From Elainellaceae cyanobacterium (lineage in GTDB: Bacteria; Cyanobacteriota; Cyanobacteriia; CAZCXK01): 64,000 nucleotides of DNA. Both the position numbers and the translations under genes were made by a program. Of the stretch, positions 1 through 9,626 are shown piece after piece. Within the stretch, counting starts at the first letter, position 1, and each line of letters opens with the position of its first letter. The DNA is taken from assembly GCA_051117555.1 (NCBI GenBank), contig JBNPEG010000013.1:32001-96000 (forward strand). The letters are read 5' to 3'. Below the pieces are notes generated by a model. It saw nothing but the letters and a program-made list of their open reading frames with translations. It made no database searches and had not been told where the DNA came from.

Positions 1-473
1 ATCAAGCTCGTAAATGCTCCCATAATCCATCGAAGGGGTGGATTCAATTCGTCGGGGCGATGATTTAGCCCGCCTGCACAGTTTAGCAATACCCCACCCG
101 AGGCGATCGCTGGATGATTCGCAAGCACCATCATGGCGAGCAGGCCGCCAATAGAGTTGCCCACAAAGATTGCAGGTTGGTTAACATGATCATTCCAAAA
201 ATCTTTGAGCAGGGCTTCCCAAAGCTCTAGGTTGTAATCGAGCGGCGGCTTATCAGAATGCCCGAAGCCAAGCAAATCTAGAGCAAATACGCGATATCCC
301 TGGCTCGCCAATATCGGGATGTTTTTGCGCCAATGCCCAATCGATGCACCAAAACCATGCACTAAGACGAGAGGTTGCCCTTCTCCGATAACGGTGTAGC
401 GAAGCTGATGCCCCCGCCACATCCAATCAAAATTCTTAAATGCCTCAGAAGGTTGGATTTGCTGAGTAGTCAC
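1..473 (-). CDS. Alpha/beta fold hydrolase (runs off the left edge of the window)
   Basis: Manual translation from GTG at 473: MTTQQIQPSEAFKNFDWIWRGHQLRYTVIGEGQPLVLVHGFGASIGHWRKN...DLLGFGHSDKP...VGNSIGG. It has the HGF oxyanion motif and the GxSxG nucleophile elbow. Not in the ORF track because no stop lies in the window. Confidence 0.9.
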   Translation of the reverse strand, partial: MTTQQIQPSEAFKNFDWMWRGHQLRYTVIGEGQPLVLVHGFGASIGHWRKNIPILASQGYRVFALDLLGFGHSDKPPLDYNLELWEALLKDFWNDHVNQPAIFVGNSIGGLLAMMVLANHPAIASGGVLLNCAGGLNHRPDELNPPLRWIMGAFTSL

Positions 474-554
474 GATAACGATAGTTAATTAATGTTTCTT
501 AACTTTATAGTATGACAAAGCGGATAGAGCAATTTGCCTACCAAGCACAGACAG

Positions 555-797
555 CCTAAATTTGTGCAAACGTCTTGCCAACGCTGGGAAAGCGATATTA
601 ACTGGCAAACTGCTACGACTTAGGATGCGGCTTTCGCTGGGATAAACAGTTTAACCAATCCAACGCGTGAGGGCCTTCAGCAAACCCTGTTGTCTCCAGA
701 TTCCTCATTCTCAGGGGCGACTGGGCTAGTGAAATCTCTGCCTTTGGGCGATCGCCATCAAGCCATCCACCTTGTTATCGTTGAGCCTAGACATTGA
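555..797 (+). pseudogene. Remnant of the C-terminus of a LIVBP-type (branched-chain amino acid) periplasmic binding domain
   Basis: Frame reads PKFVQTSCQRWESDINWQTATT*DAAFAGINSLTNPTREGLQQTLLSPDSSFSGATGLVKSLPLGDRHQAIHLVIVEPRH*. This resembles the cyanobacterial pattern W..DVNWRTA.AYDA...NPTR.G.QQ.L....FS..GA.G.I.FLP.GDR. There is an in-frame TAG at 621-623 where Tyr is expected, and no N-terminal part. Confidence 0.65.
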
Positions 798-1201
798 CCG
801 AGCTTTGGGTATGATTTTGGTTTAGTCGAATAATTAATAGTCGAGTAATTGACGATAGATTAATAGATTGAAATATATAGATTTAGTAGATGCCCCTGAT
901 CTGCTGCCGCGATAATTTAGATTGGATGGCTCTGAGCCAGAGCTAATAGAATCAATGCATAGAGCGATCGCCAATAGCTGAGAAATGCACAACCCTGATT
1001 GAGCACTGGTGAATGAAATACGCTAGCGTTATTCTCAAATTCAGTATTTTTTGTAGCCGATCGCCATTCAAGACTTACTGAGATTTGCTGAATACCTAAT
1101 GAAGATCTTGCACAGGGGAGACTGCGAACAAACTATTAAATAAAGGGCAACACCGAATAAAACTACCAAAACCACTCCATATTGGATTCAGCGAGAAACT
1201 G

Positions 1202-1396
1202 CTAAGGGCTAGGGACAAGGCGAATTCGCCCTGCATCCATTTCTGACATCAGCAGTTCTAGTGCTTCATAGTCAACTTCAGAGATATAGCCAAGTCGGGT
1301 CAGCTCATAGTTGATTTCATTTTCAATATCAGGCGTGAGCTGCCTGATATGAAGAGCTTGTTCCACGAGCCGACGAATTACGCAGGTTGTTCTCAT
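1202..1396 (-). CDS. Small helical cyanobacterial hypothetical protein (~64 aa)
   Basis: ORF MRTTCVIRRLVEQAL...LTPDIE.EI...L....ISEVDYEALELLM..M..G.I. It resembles a recurrent small cyanobacterial family and is divergent from the STAS gene. ATG at 1396 preferred over the track start at 1405. Confidence 0.7.
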   Translation of the reverse strand: MRTTCVIRRLVEQALHIRQLTPDIENEINYELTRLGYISEVDYEALELLMSEMDAGRIRLVPSP

Positions 1397-1492
1397 TGCA
1401 AACACCGCCGTTGTTTTAACTAAGGGCGCAAGTAGCTATTCAAATTCTCGGCTGGATATTTCGTAGAAGAAGTGATCGAAGCTTGCGTAGTG

Positions 1493-1508
1493 AGTGATTC
1501 TAATCACA
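1493..1508. promoter_or_regulatory. Putative CRP (SyCRP1-type) binding site
   Basis: AGTGA-TTCTAA-TCACA is a 9/10 match to TGTGA-N6-TCACA, in the divergent intergenic region. Confidence 0.45.
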
Positions 1509-2014
1509 ATCCCTGGATGTGGATAATTCGGAGATGGCGATTCTACTAACGTTCACTTCTTTCTACACTAGGTAAACGTAAGCTTTTCTCAACGATCTGG
1601 AGCCGAGATTTTTGATTGTCTCGTAATAGAGGCTGGTCTTCATTTACACATAATCTTCATAAATGCCTCCTAGTATAAAGCGCTCATGAAGCTGATGACC
1701 GTCGATGCAGATGAAAGGTTTCATCTTGCTGTAGCGACTTATGAATTGCATCGGACTCGTCCATAATTCGTGTACTTGTATCTCAAAACCTCAAAGATTG
1801 TTAAAAATTTCAAAAAAATTTTAGTTCTAGCGGAAGTTTTGGGTGGATTGGTATTTTCGAATACCTTATGTTTTTACAATTTACGGAAAACTTTATGTAT
1901 CGTGCTTAATAAATGAAGATCCGGCAAAGCTGAAATTAATTTCGTTGGTTGCTGGAGAGCGTGCGGTTATCGTCTAAAAATTCAAGACTGATCCGCTGTT
2001 GTCGCTAGTTCTAT

Positions 2015-2362
2015 ATGGGATCGAAGATTATGCAAAACGTTCTTGCCCACTCTCAAACGGCTGTGTTTCAACCAGCTGGGCACATTAACGCATCTAATGC
2101 AGACACGTTAGAGAATCAGCTTGTGACGGCAATTTCGTCTGGTGAGTACTCAACCGTGGTTGCGGATATGAGCCACGTTGAATCCTTAGATAGTGCTGGC
2201 TTGATGGCTCTAGTTTCAGCATTGAATCTTGCTCAGCGATCAGGGCAAGAGTTTTTCCTCTGCTGCGTTCCTCCTTCGATTCGCATTATCTTTGAGTTGA
2301 CGCAGCTCAATCAAGCATTCGAAGTTTTAGATGAGCCCCCAGCATTAGCTATTGCTGCATAG
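2015..2362 (+). CDS. STAS-domain anti-sigma factor antagonist
   Basis: 115 aa with the VVADMSHVESLDSAGL phospho-Ser motif and a C-terminal IFELTQL. The start may be the ATG at 2030. Confidence 0.92.
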   Translation: MGSKIMQNVLAHSQTAVFQPAGHINASNADTLENQLVTAISSGEYSTVVADMSHVESLDSAGLMALVSALNLAQRSGQEFFLCCVPPSIRIIFELTQLNQAFEVLDEPPALAIAA

Positions 2363-2485
2363 TTGCAATAACGAAGACTCGCTTTCAGCAGATTTCTGAG
2401 TGGATGAATAAGCTTGACATCCTTGCCGAGTAGTGGATTTTGTTTCTCCAAATGAGTGAGTTAGGACTGATTCTAATTCATAGTT

Positions 2486-2512
2486 ACTCCGCCCTAGGGT
2501 GGAGTTTTTTTT
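2486..2512 (+). terminator. Rho-independent terminator
   Basis: ACTCCGCCC-TA-GGGTGGAGT followed by a T-run, downstream of the STAS gene. Confidence 0.7.
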
Positions 2513-2598
2513 AGCCGATTCGCTTCAAGCTGAGTAAGCACTCGTCCCGCTATAGTGGACTCAACGACGTTGAATGATTAAAGCTGGCGATATACACC

Positions 2599-5301
2599 GT
2601 GGCAGTTGCAGTCGAAACTCTCTTAAACACCGACATTTCCCGACCTGCTCGTTATCTGGGTAACGAGCTTGGGGCAATTCATAAGCCGTGGGATTCTGCT
2701 TCAATTCGTTGGGTGCTGACGTATCCTGAAGTCTATGAGGTAGGGGCTTCAAACTTAGGACACATCATTCTCTATAGTGTCTTAAATGCACAGCCAAGAC
2801 AGTCGTGCGATCGCACCTATCTTCCTGCCCCCGACCTAAGCAGCAAGCTTCGGGAAACCCAAACGCCTTTATTTGCCGTTGAGTCTAAGCGACCGCTGAG
2901 CGATTTTGACGTTTTAGGATTTAGCCTGAGCTACGAATTGGGTGCCACCAATATTCTGGAGATGCTTAGCTTGGCTGGTATTCCGCTGACCTGGAGAGAA
3001 AGAGGCGCGTTAGGGGCTTGGCATGTCGGACACGGTAGCTTTCCCCTGATCTTTGCTGGAGGACAAACCGCAACCTCAAACCCAGAGCCATATGCAGAAT
3101 TTTTTGACTTCATTGCTCTCGGAGACGGTGAGGAGCTGCTTCCTGAAATTGGGCTAGTTCTTGAAGAGGCAAAAGCCGCGGGATTAAGTCGTGAGGATAC
3201 TTTGCTCGACCTAGCCCAGGTTCCAGGAGTCTACGTTCCTCGGTTTTATGACATGACAAACGAGGGCGCTGTGCGGCCTAATCGTCCAGATGTGCCTGAG
3301 CGCATTTTGCGGCGGGTCGCAAGCCCAATGCCCGCCTATTCTATTGGGCCTGTTCCCTATATCGAAACGGTTCACGATCGCCTCACAATCGAGGTACGCC
3401 GAGGCTGCACACGAGGGTGCCGATTCTGCCAACCGGGGATGTTGACTCGCCCCGCCCGCGACGTGGCGCCTGATGAGGTCGTCGATACGATCGAACAGGG
3501 AATGCGAGCTACGGGATACAACGAATTTTCCTTACTTTCGCTGAGCTGCTCAGACTATCTTTCCTTGCCTGCTGTTGGGTTAGAGATAAAAAATCGCCTC
3601 CAAGACGAAAACGTTTCGCTGTCTCTGCCGAGTCAACGGATCGATCGCTTTGATGAAAATATTGCCAACATTATTGGCGGAACTCGTCAGAGCAGCTTAA
3701 CGTTTGCGCCAGAGGCAGGCACTCAACGCATGCGCGATATCGTCAATAAGGGTCTCACCAATGAAGACCTGTTGCGAGGGGTTAAAACTGCCTACGAACA
3801 AGGCTGGAGCCGAGTTAAGCTCTACTTTATGATTGGGCTACCTGGCGAGACTGACGCTGATGTTGTCGGTATCGCCGAAACGATGCGCTGGCTTCAGCGG
3901 GAATGTCGGCAGAAAGGACGGAAACCTCTCAGTTTTAATATCACCATTTCAAATTTTACGCCCAAGCCTCACACGCCTTTTCAATGGCATTCTGTTTCGA
4001 CACTAGAATTTGAGCGGAAGCAACAGCTTCTCAAGGACGAATTTCGCGGAATTCGTGGCTTAAAAGCGAATTTCACTGATTTGCGTATATCGGCGATGGA
4101 GGATTTTGTAGGCCGGGGCGATCGCCGACTGTCAGCGGTCATCCGTCGCGCTTGGGAACTCGGTGCCGGGATGGATTCATGGTGGGAAAGTCAGGATCGA
4201 GCGTTTGCTGCATGGACCCAGGCGATCGCTGAATCAGAGCTTACCTGGAAATATCGCCAGATTGAAAACGGCGAATGGAATCTCTTTCAGACCGACAGCC
4301 CTCAACCTATCGCTCACCGTCCCCTCCCGTGGGATCACATCGACACTGGCATTGACAAAGAATGGCTCAAAGCCGATTTGGATCGGGCTCTAGAAGCAGC
4401 CACTGTTCCAGATTGTGCGTTTGAGGGATGTTCTCATTGTGGTGTATGTGGAACAGATTTCGGACACAACGTTGTCGCGCCACCCCCTGCTATTCCTAAT
4501 TTCAAAGGGCACTTTACACCCAATCAAGCAAGGGTTCAGCGATTACGAGTCTGGTTAGGAAAGCAGGATGAAATGGCACTGGTCAGCCATCTCGATCTTG
4601 TCCGGTTATTTGACCGGGCGGTTCGTCGAGCTGCCCTGCCGATTTCATTTACAGGTGGATTTCATCCGGGGCCTCGCATTTCTCCGGCTAACGCGTTGCC
4701 TCTGGGCGCGACAAGTTCAGGCGAGATTGTCGACTTTGAACTCACTCATCGGCTCGATCAGACTGAATTCCGTGAAAAATTATCAGCCCAACTTCCAGAC
4801 ACTATTCCAATTTATCGAATCGAGGAAGTTGAGGTGTCTTCCCCGTCCGCGACCAAGCTGCTCGAACGCGCCGAATATCTGATTACGATTTATGCCCCAG
4901 CTAACGCCCCGGCTGTTGATTCAGACTCCTCTGTTGTTTCGATTGAAGATTGGCATGCTTGGGTCGATGCCGTAATGCAGGCTGAGGTGATCGAGTATGA
5001 TCACACTACAAAATCAGGCAAAACCCGTACGGTCAATTTGCGCGATCGCCTCTTTGATCTTGAAATTATCTCTAATGTCAATAGCAGCTCCGAATCAGCC
5101 CAGACCCAGGCTTCAGCAAGTCAAGTAACACTCCGCTACGTTGGCAGTTGCCGCAATGACGGCACGTTACTCCGACCCAATCAAGTCGTGTACATGCTAG
5201 AGCAGTTAGCTCAGCACGAGTTGCAACTTGTAAGAATCCATCGAAATCGCTTGTTTTTAGCCCATGAGGTCAATTCTCAGACCCTTTTTAAGGTAATTTA
5301 A
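2599..5301 (+). CDS. B12-binding radical SAM protein (TIGR03960 family) fused to a DUF2344/TIGR03936 domain
   Basis: RGCTRGCRFC CxxxCxxC motif, PARYLGNELG N-terminus, CAFEGCSHCGVC cluster and C-terminal SHLDLVRLFDRAVRRA...FTGGFHP domain. Confidence 0.92.
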   Translation: MAVAVETLLNTDISRPARYLGNELGAIHKPWDSASIRWVLTYPEVYEVGASNLGHIILYSVLNAQPRQSCDRTYLPAPDLSSKLRETQTPLFAVESKRPLSDFDVLGFSLSYELGATNILEMLSLAGIPLTWRERGALGAWHVGHGSFPLIFAGGQTATSNPEPYAEFFDFIALGDGEELLPEIGLVLEEAKAAGLSREDTLLDLAQVPGVYVPRFYDMTNEGAVRPNRPDVPERILRRVASPMPAYSIGPVPYIETVHDRLTIEVRRGCTRGCRFCQPGMLTRPARDVAPDEVVDTIEQGMRATGYNEFSLLSLSCSDYLSLPAVGLEIKNRLQDENVSLSLPSQRIDRFDENIANIIGGTRQSSLTFAPEAGTQRMRDIVNKGLTNEDLLRGVKTAYEQGWSRVKLYFMIGLPGETDADVVGIAETMRWLQRECRQKGRKPLSFNITISNFTPKPHTPFQWHSVSTLEFERKQQLLKDEFRGIRGLKANFTDLRISAMEDFVGRGDRRLSAVIRRAWELGAGMDSWWESQDRAFAAWTQAIAESELTWKYRQIENGEWNLFQTDSPQPIAHRPLPWDHIDTGIDKEWLKADLDRALEAATVPDCAFEGCSHCGVCGTDFGHNVVAPPPAIPNFKGHFTPNQARVQRLRVWLGKQDEMALVSHLDLVRLFDRAVRRAALPISFTGGFHPGPRISPANALPLGATSSGEIVDFELTHRLDQTEFREKLSAQLPDTIPIYRIEEVEVSSPSATKLLERAEYLITIYAPANAPAVDSDSSVVSIEDWHAWVDAVMQAEVIEYDHTTKSGKTRTVNLRDRLFDLEIISNVNSSSESAQTQASASQVTLRYVGSCRNDGTLLRPNQVVYMLEQLAQHELQLVRIHRNRLFLAHEVNSQTLFKVI

Positions 5302-5390
5302 AGGGGGCATTTTCCTTGAATGTGCCAAACTTAAGGAAATTTCACCTCGATAAATTTCTGATTCCTACTGGCGGTATGGGCTCTCCGCGC

Positions 5391-5767
5391 TATAATGCTT
5401 TTCATAGAGAAGCTTCTGTCTATCGAGAGTCATGAGGATTGGTGATTGCTCGATGGCAATGATTACTAATTAGGTGAAGCTTGCTTCTGTAGGGTTTTTC
5501 CAATGAGTCTGGCTAGGTTTATGCTTGACTTTTCAAGGGCAAGTGTTCTAGCTAGAAAGTAACGATAAATAACGATCGATAAGCATTACATCTGCATGTC
5601 ATTAGTCTGAATGGATGATGTTTCAGTTCATAGATCCCAGGATAGGAGTAGCTTCGTTGCCTCCACAGTGGGTCAAGGATTTTCACCAATGTAGTCTTGC
5701 AGGTCAGCCAAGCGGGCAGGATGGAATGGTTCCCGCCCCTGACACTGTCAATATTTGAGGAAGTTGA
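5391..5767 (+). promoter_or_regulatory. Probable rne promoter (-10 TATAAT) and long 5' leader
   Basis: TATAAT at 5391-5396, followed by about 365 nt with no credible ORF. Long rne 5'UTRs are known in cyanobacteria. Confidence 0.4.
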
Positions 5768-7864
5768 ATGCCCAAACAAATTATTATCGCCGAGCAGCAT
5801 CGCATCGCCGCTGTCTTTTCGGAAGACCAGATCCAAGAACTGATTGTTGCGACAGGCAGTCATCAGGTCGGTGACATTTATTTAGGAATTGTTGAAAACG
5901 TCTTACCCGGTATTGACGCCGCATTTGTCAATATCGGCGACACCGAGCGCAATGGATTTATCCATGTTTCTGACCTGGGCCCATTGCGACTCAAGCGTTC
6001 AGCAGGTTCAATCACTGAGTTGCTAGCACCTCAACAGAAAGTGCTGGTGCAAATCATGAAGGAACCCACTGGCAATAAGGGGCCTCGATTGACCGGCAAT
6101 ATAACGCTACCAGGGCGGTATTTGGTGCTGATGCCCTTCGGTCGGGGGGTCAATCTTTCGAGGCGAATTCGCAATGAGAATGAGCGAAACCGTTTGCGGG
6201 CTTTAGCAATTCTCGTCAAGCCTGCTGGGATGGGGCTGCTTGTCCGTACTGAAGCAGAAGGAATAGCGGAAGAAGCCATCATCGAGGATTTAGAAGCTCT
6301 CCAGCGACAGTGGGAAAATATTCAACAGGAAGCCGTTACATCCCGTCCTCCCAAGTTGCTTAATCGGGATGATGACTTTATCCAGCGCGTTCTCCGTGAC
6401 GTATACAGTGCGGATGTAAACCGAATCGTTGTTGACTCGCACACGGGCCTAAAACGAGTCAAGCAGCATTTAATGTCTTGGAGTGGTGGAAAATCTCCTC
6501 AGGGAGTTCTCATTGACCACCATCGCGATCGCATCTCTATTTTGGAATACTTCCGGGTCAATGCAGCAATTCGAGAAGCACTTAAGCCCAGAGTTGATTT
6601 GCCGTCAGGGGGCTATATCATCATTGAAACGACCGAAGCCCTGACCGTCATCGATGTCAACTCCGGATCATTTACCCGATCGAATACGTCTCGCGAAACC
6701 GTTCTGTGGACGAACTGTGAAGCGGCATCAGAAATTGCCCGACAACTGCGCCTCCGCAACGTAGCAGGTGTTATCGTTGTTGACTTCATCGATATGGACT
6801 CTCGGCGTGACCAGCTCCAAGTTCTTGAGCAGTTTACCCGAGAACTCAAAGCAGACAAAGCCCGCCCTCAAGTCGCTCAGCTATCTGAGCTAGGGTTAGT
6901 TGAGTTAACCCGTAAGCGTCAAGGACAAAATATTTACGAGTTGTTTGGACGACCCTGTGCAACATGTGGCGGTTTGGGTCATCTAGTCCACTTGCCTGGT
7001 GATACCGAAACCGTGGTTCATGAGATTGTTGAACCACCGCGCACATACCCTGTTGTCGAATCTCGTAATCCGCAGCTTCGAGAGGTGCCTGATGCACAGG
7101 GAGAAGATTTTGAGCTAGAAACGTCGTCTGATTTGCAAGAGCTGGATTTGGTTAATCATCCGAGCTATCAAGAGCGGGGAGGCAATAATCGACGACGGCG
7201 GCGGCGGCGAGGAGATTTGCCCTCTCCACGATCTGGAAATGCTCGAGTTGCCGTTAATCTCGACGCAGACGAATCACCCGATGGATCAGACGATCGAACA
7301 CCTGCACCACCGACGATAAAAGAGGGTCGCCCTGACCGCAGTGAACGGGGAGACCGCGGCGATCGCCCTGACCGCAGTGAACGAGGCGACCGCAGCGATC
7401 GCAGTAAGTCGTCAAGTCGACGAGACAAAACTCCTGAGCCGCCTGAAGTGATTGCTATTGAGATGACCCAACAAGAGCAAGATGTTTATGCATTGATGGG
7501 TATTTCGCCTCTCGTTTTAGCAACCGAACCTGTGAAAGATTCAAAAAGCGTCATTGTGAATGTGGTTTTGCCAGGACAGGTCAGTCGGTCTAATGGCAGC
7601 GGTGAATCAGATGAGCAACCATCCTTTGTCTTTGACCAGTCCGATTCCGCTGCGTCCTCTGAGTCAGATCAGTCCCCTCCGTCCTCAGAGTCTCAAACGA
7701 GCTTGACAGACGAATCAAATTCAGATCAGGACGAGGAGACATTTGATCAAACCGACCTGATTGGCGCTGAGTCTGTCAATGGTAATGGTGAGAGTGGAGC
7801 ATCGGAGAATGGCACATCCACTCGCCGTCGCCGTCGCCGTCGTTCCTCAGCGGCTGATGCTTGA
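5768..7864 (+). CDS. rne: Ribonuclease E (Rne/Rng family)
   Basis: S1 domain (GDIYLGIVENVLPGIDAAFV), catalytic VIDVNSG and DFIDM motifs, CATCGG zinc link, disordered C-terminus ending RRRRRRSSA. Confidence 0.97.
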   Translation: MPKQIIIAEQHRIAAVFSEDQIQELIVATGSHQVGDIYLGIVENVLPGIDAAFVNIGDTERNGFIHVSDLGPLRLKRSAGSITELLAPQQKVLVQIMKEPTGNKGPRLTGNITLPGRYLVLMPFGRGVNLSRRIRNENERNRLRALAILVKPAGMGLLVRTEAEGIAEEAIIEDLEALQRQWENIQQEAVTSRPPKLLNRDDDFIQRVLRDVYSADVNRIVVDSHTGLKRVKQHLMSWSGGKSPQGVLIDHHRDRISILEYFRVNAAIREALKPRVDLPSGGYIIIETTEALTVIDVNSGSFTRSNTSRETVLWTNCEAASEIARQLRLRNVAGVIVVDFIDMDSRRDQLQVLEQFTRELKADKARPQVAQLSELGLVELTRKRQGQNIYELFGRPCATCGGLGHLVHLPGDTETVVHEIVEPPRTYPVVESRNPQLREVPDAQGEDFELETSSDLQELDLVNHPSYQERGGNNRRRRRRRGDLPSPRSGNARVAVNLDADESPDGSDDRTPAPPTIKEGRPDRSERGDRGDRPDRSERGDRSDRSKSSSRRDKTPEPPEVIAIEMTQQEQDVYALMGISPLVLATEPVKDSKSVIVNVVLPGQVSRSNGSGESDEQPSFVFDQSDSAASSESDQSPPSSESQTSLTDESNSDQDEETFDQTDLIGAESVNGNGESGASENGTSTRRRRRRRSSAADA

Positions 7865-7954
7865 TGGAGCTAAGAGGCCAATAGCTGGTAGCCAAATAGC
7901 TGATATCTAATAATTGATGGTTTGCTTGTATTGAGCGCCGATCGCTAAGCAATC

Positions 7955-8644
7955 ATGTTTTTTGACTCTAGCCAATCCTTGTTACTCGATCAACTCAGTT
8001 TCTTAGACCAACTCAGCTTGCCCGACTCGTCTGACTTCATCGCGGGTGTTGACGAGGTTGGTCGGGGGGCACTGTTTGGACCTGTGGTAGCAGCGGCTGT
8101 GATCTTGCCTTCGTCAGCTTTTAAGTCTCTTTCAGAGTTGGGAGTAACCGATAGCAAAAAGCTAACCCATGCTACACGTGAACAATTGACTATCTCGATT
8201 CAAGATATTGCAACTGACTGCAAAATTGGGATAGCATCTGTGCGCGAAATTGATCGGCTCAATATTTTGTATGCATCCTTGTTAGCAATGAAACGGGCGA
8301 TCCGACGGTTAAATCCACAGCCACAGGTATGCTTGATTGATGGAAATCAACGAATCCCAGATCTATTAATTCATCAGCATACGTTAGTTAAAGGAGATGA
8401 GCACTCCATCGCGATCGCAGCTGCTAGTATCATTGCTAAAGTATGGCGCGATCGCCTCATCATCCGCATGGCGACTAAATACCCTCAATATGACTTAGCC
8501 GCTAATAAGGGATATGGAACCCCTAAACACCGTCTCGCCTTAGATGCATTTGGACCTTGTCCTTACCACCGACGTTCATTTAAGCCCTGTCAAATTTTGC
8601 CGTCTTCACTGTCTGATGGCATCAGCCTGAGCCATCCGATTTAG
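7955..8644 (+). CDS. rnhB: Ribonuclease HII
   Basis: AGVDEVGRG, DSKKL, DG and AASIIAKV..D motifs; conserved position after rne. Confidence 0.96.
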   Translation: MFFDSSQSLLLDQLSFLDQLSLPDSSDFIAGVDEVGRGALFGPVVAAAVILPSSAFKSLSELGVTDSKKLTHATREQLTISIQDIATDCKIGIASVREIDRLNILYASLLAMKRAIRRLNPQPQVCLIDGNQRIPDLLIHQHTLVKGDEHSIAIAAASIIAKVWRDRLIIRMATKYPQYDLAANKGYGTPKHRLALDAFGPCPYHRRSFKPCQILPSSLSDGISLSHPI

Positions 8645-8675
8645 CGGTTAATCAGAGCTCTAGCCCGCAGGAACC

Positions 8676-9269
8676 TTAGGCTGTCGGGCTGTCTCTCAGG
8701 AGTGATGAAGATTCATTTGTAGAATCGCTATCTGCTTCTCCTTGAGCCATTGCCCATTTTCGATAATCAGACAGTAATTGATGCATTAATCGCTGTTTAA
8801 TGCTCGTCAAGACACTTCTTAATAAACCATTTCCCGTTGCCTCTAAGAGTGGTTTCGGCGTGAGTCGAAGCGGTGGCGGTAACTCAACTTGCACAGACAA
8901 ATCTGCTTGCCCGACCAAATAGGTTTCCCCATCTACGACCCGGGGAGAGAGCTCTCCAACTAAATCGAGATTAAAGCGCTGGTCAACGTAATCAATCCCT
9001 CGAATTTTACAACCCACTGATTCCAGGTGAACCGTGCCATCGGAATCAACCCACAACCTCATATCTACGGTGGGCTGAATGCTAAACATCATAAAATTCC
9101 TAGAGCGCATCTTGAGGCGAAATACTTCTGCGCTAAGCCGTTCTGTTCGACTTGGATCAACTAAGGCCCCAATCAATCGATGAGGTTGACGCAAATAGTG
9201 TTGAATGGGAACAGGTTGTTCATGAACAGCAATCTTGACAGTTTGGGTAGAAGCGAATTGAACGGGCAT
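8676..9269 (-). CDS. DUF1997 family protein
   Basis: YLRQPHRL...QPTVDMR...LEATGNGLL.SVL pattern; typical cyanobacterial position between rnhB and pheA. Confidence 0.8.
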   Translation of the reverse strand: MPVQFASTQTVKIAVHEQPVPIQHYLRQPHRLIGALVDPSRTERLSAEVFRLKMRSRNFMMFSIQPTVDMRLWVDSDGTVHLESVGCKIRGIDYVDQRFNLDLVGELSPRVVDGETYLVGQADLSVQVELPPPLRLTPKPLLEATGNGLLRSVLTSIKQRLMHQLLSDYRKWAMAQGEADSDSTNESSSLLRDSPTA

Positions 9270-9626
9270 TGAATTACTTACTCAGTGAAATGGCTGCCTC
9301 GGCATGAATTACCTTAACTAAATTTTACAATTTTTCCGAGGAATACCCTTGATTCTACCGAGAATAGAGGCGCAAATACTCTCGGAAACGGGTATTAATT
9401 CATAAATATTGCGGTTTTGTAACTATTAGTGAAAAGCGTCTCATCGTTTTGATTTGCTTGAGCCAATCCAGATCATTTGTAAAGTTAATCTTGGGTGGAA
9501 TTTATCCGAGAGATGCGTATAGCAATATGCGCTTAAGTTGAGCACGGTGATGTGCCCCCCCGCTGCTGTATTTGACACAATTAGCGACTTGTTACAAATA
9601 AACTAATTCTAATCCGTGTAGACTAT

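Noticed and set aside
826..890. AT-rich imperfect repeats (TAGAT/TAATAG units) as a possible CRISPR or STRR array
   Set aside because: The units are too short and irregular, there is no repeat-spacer periodicity, and no cas genes are present.
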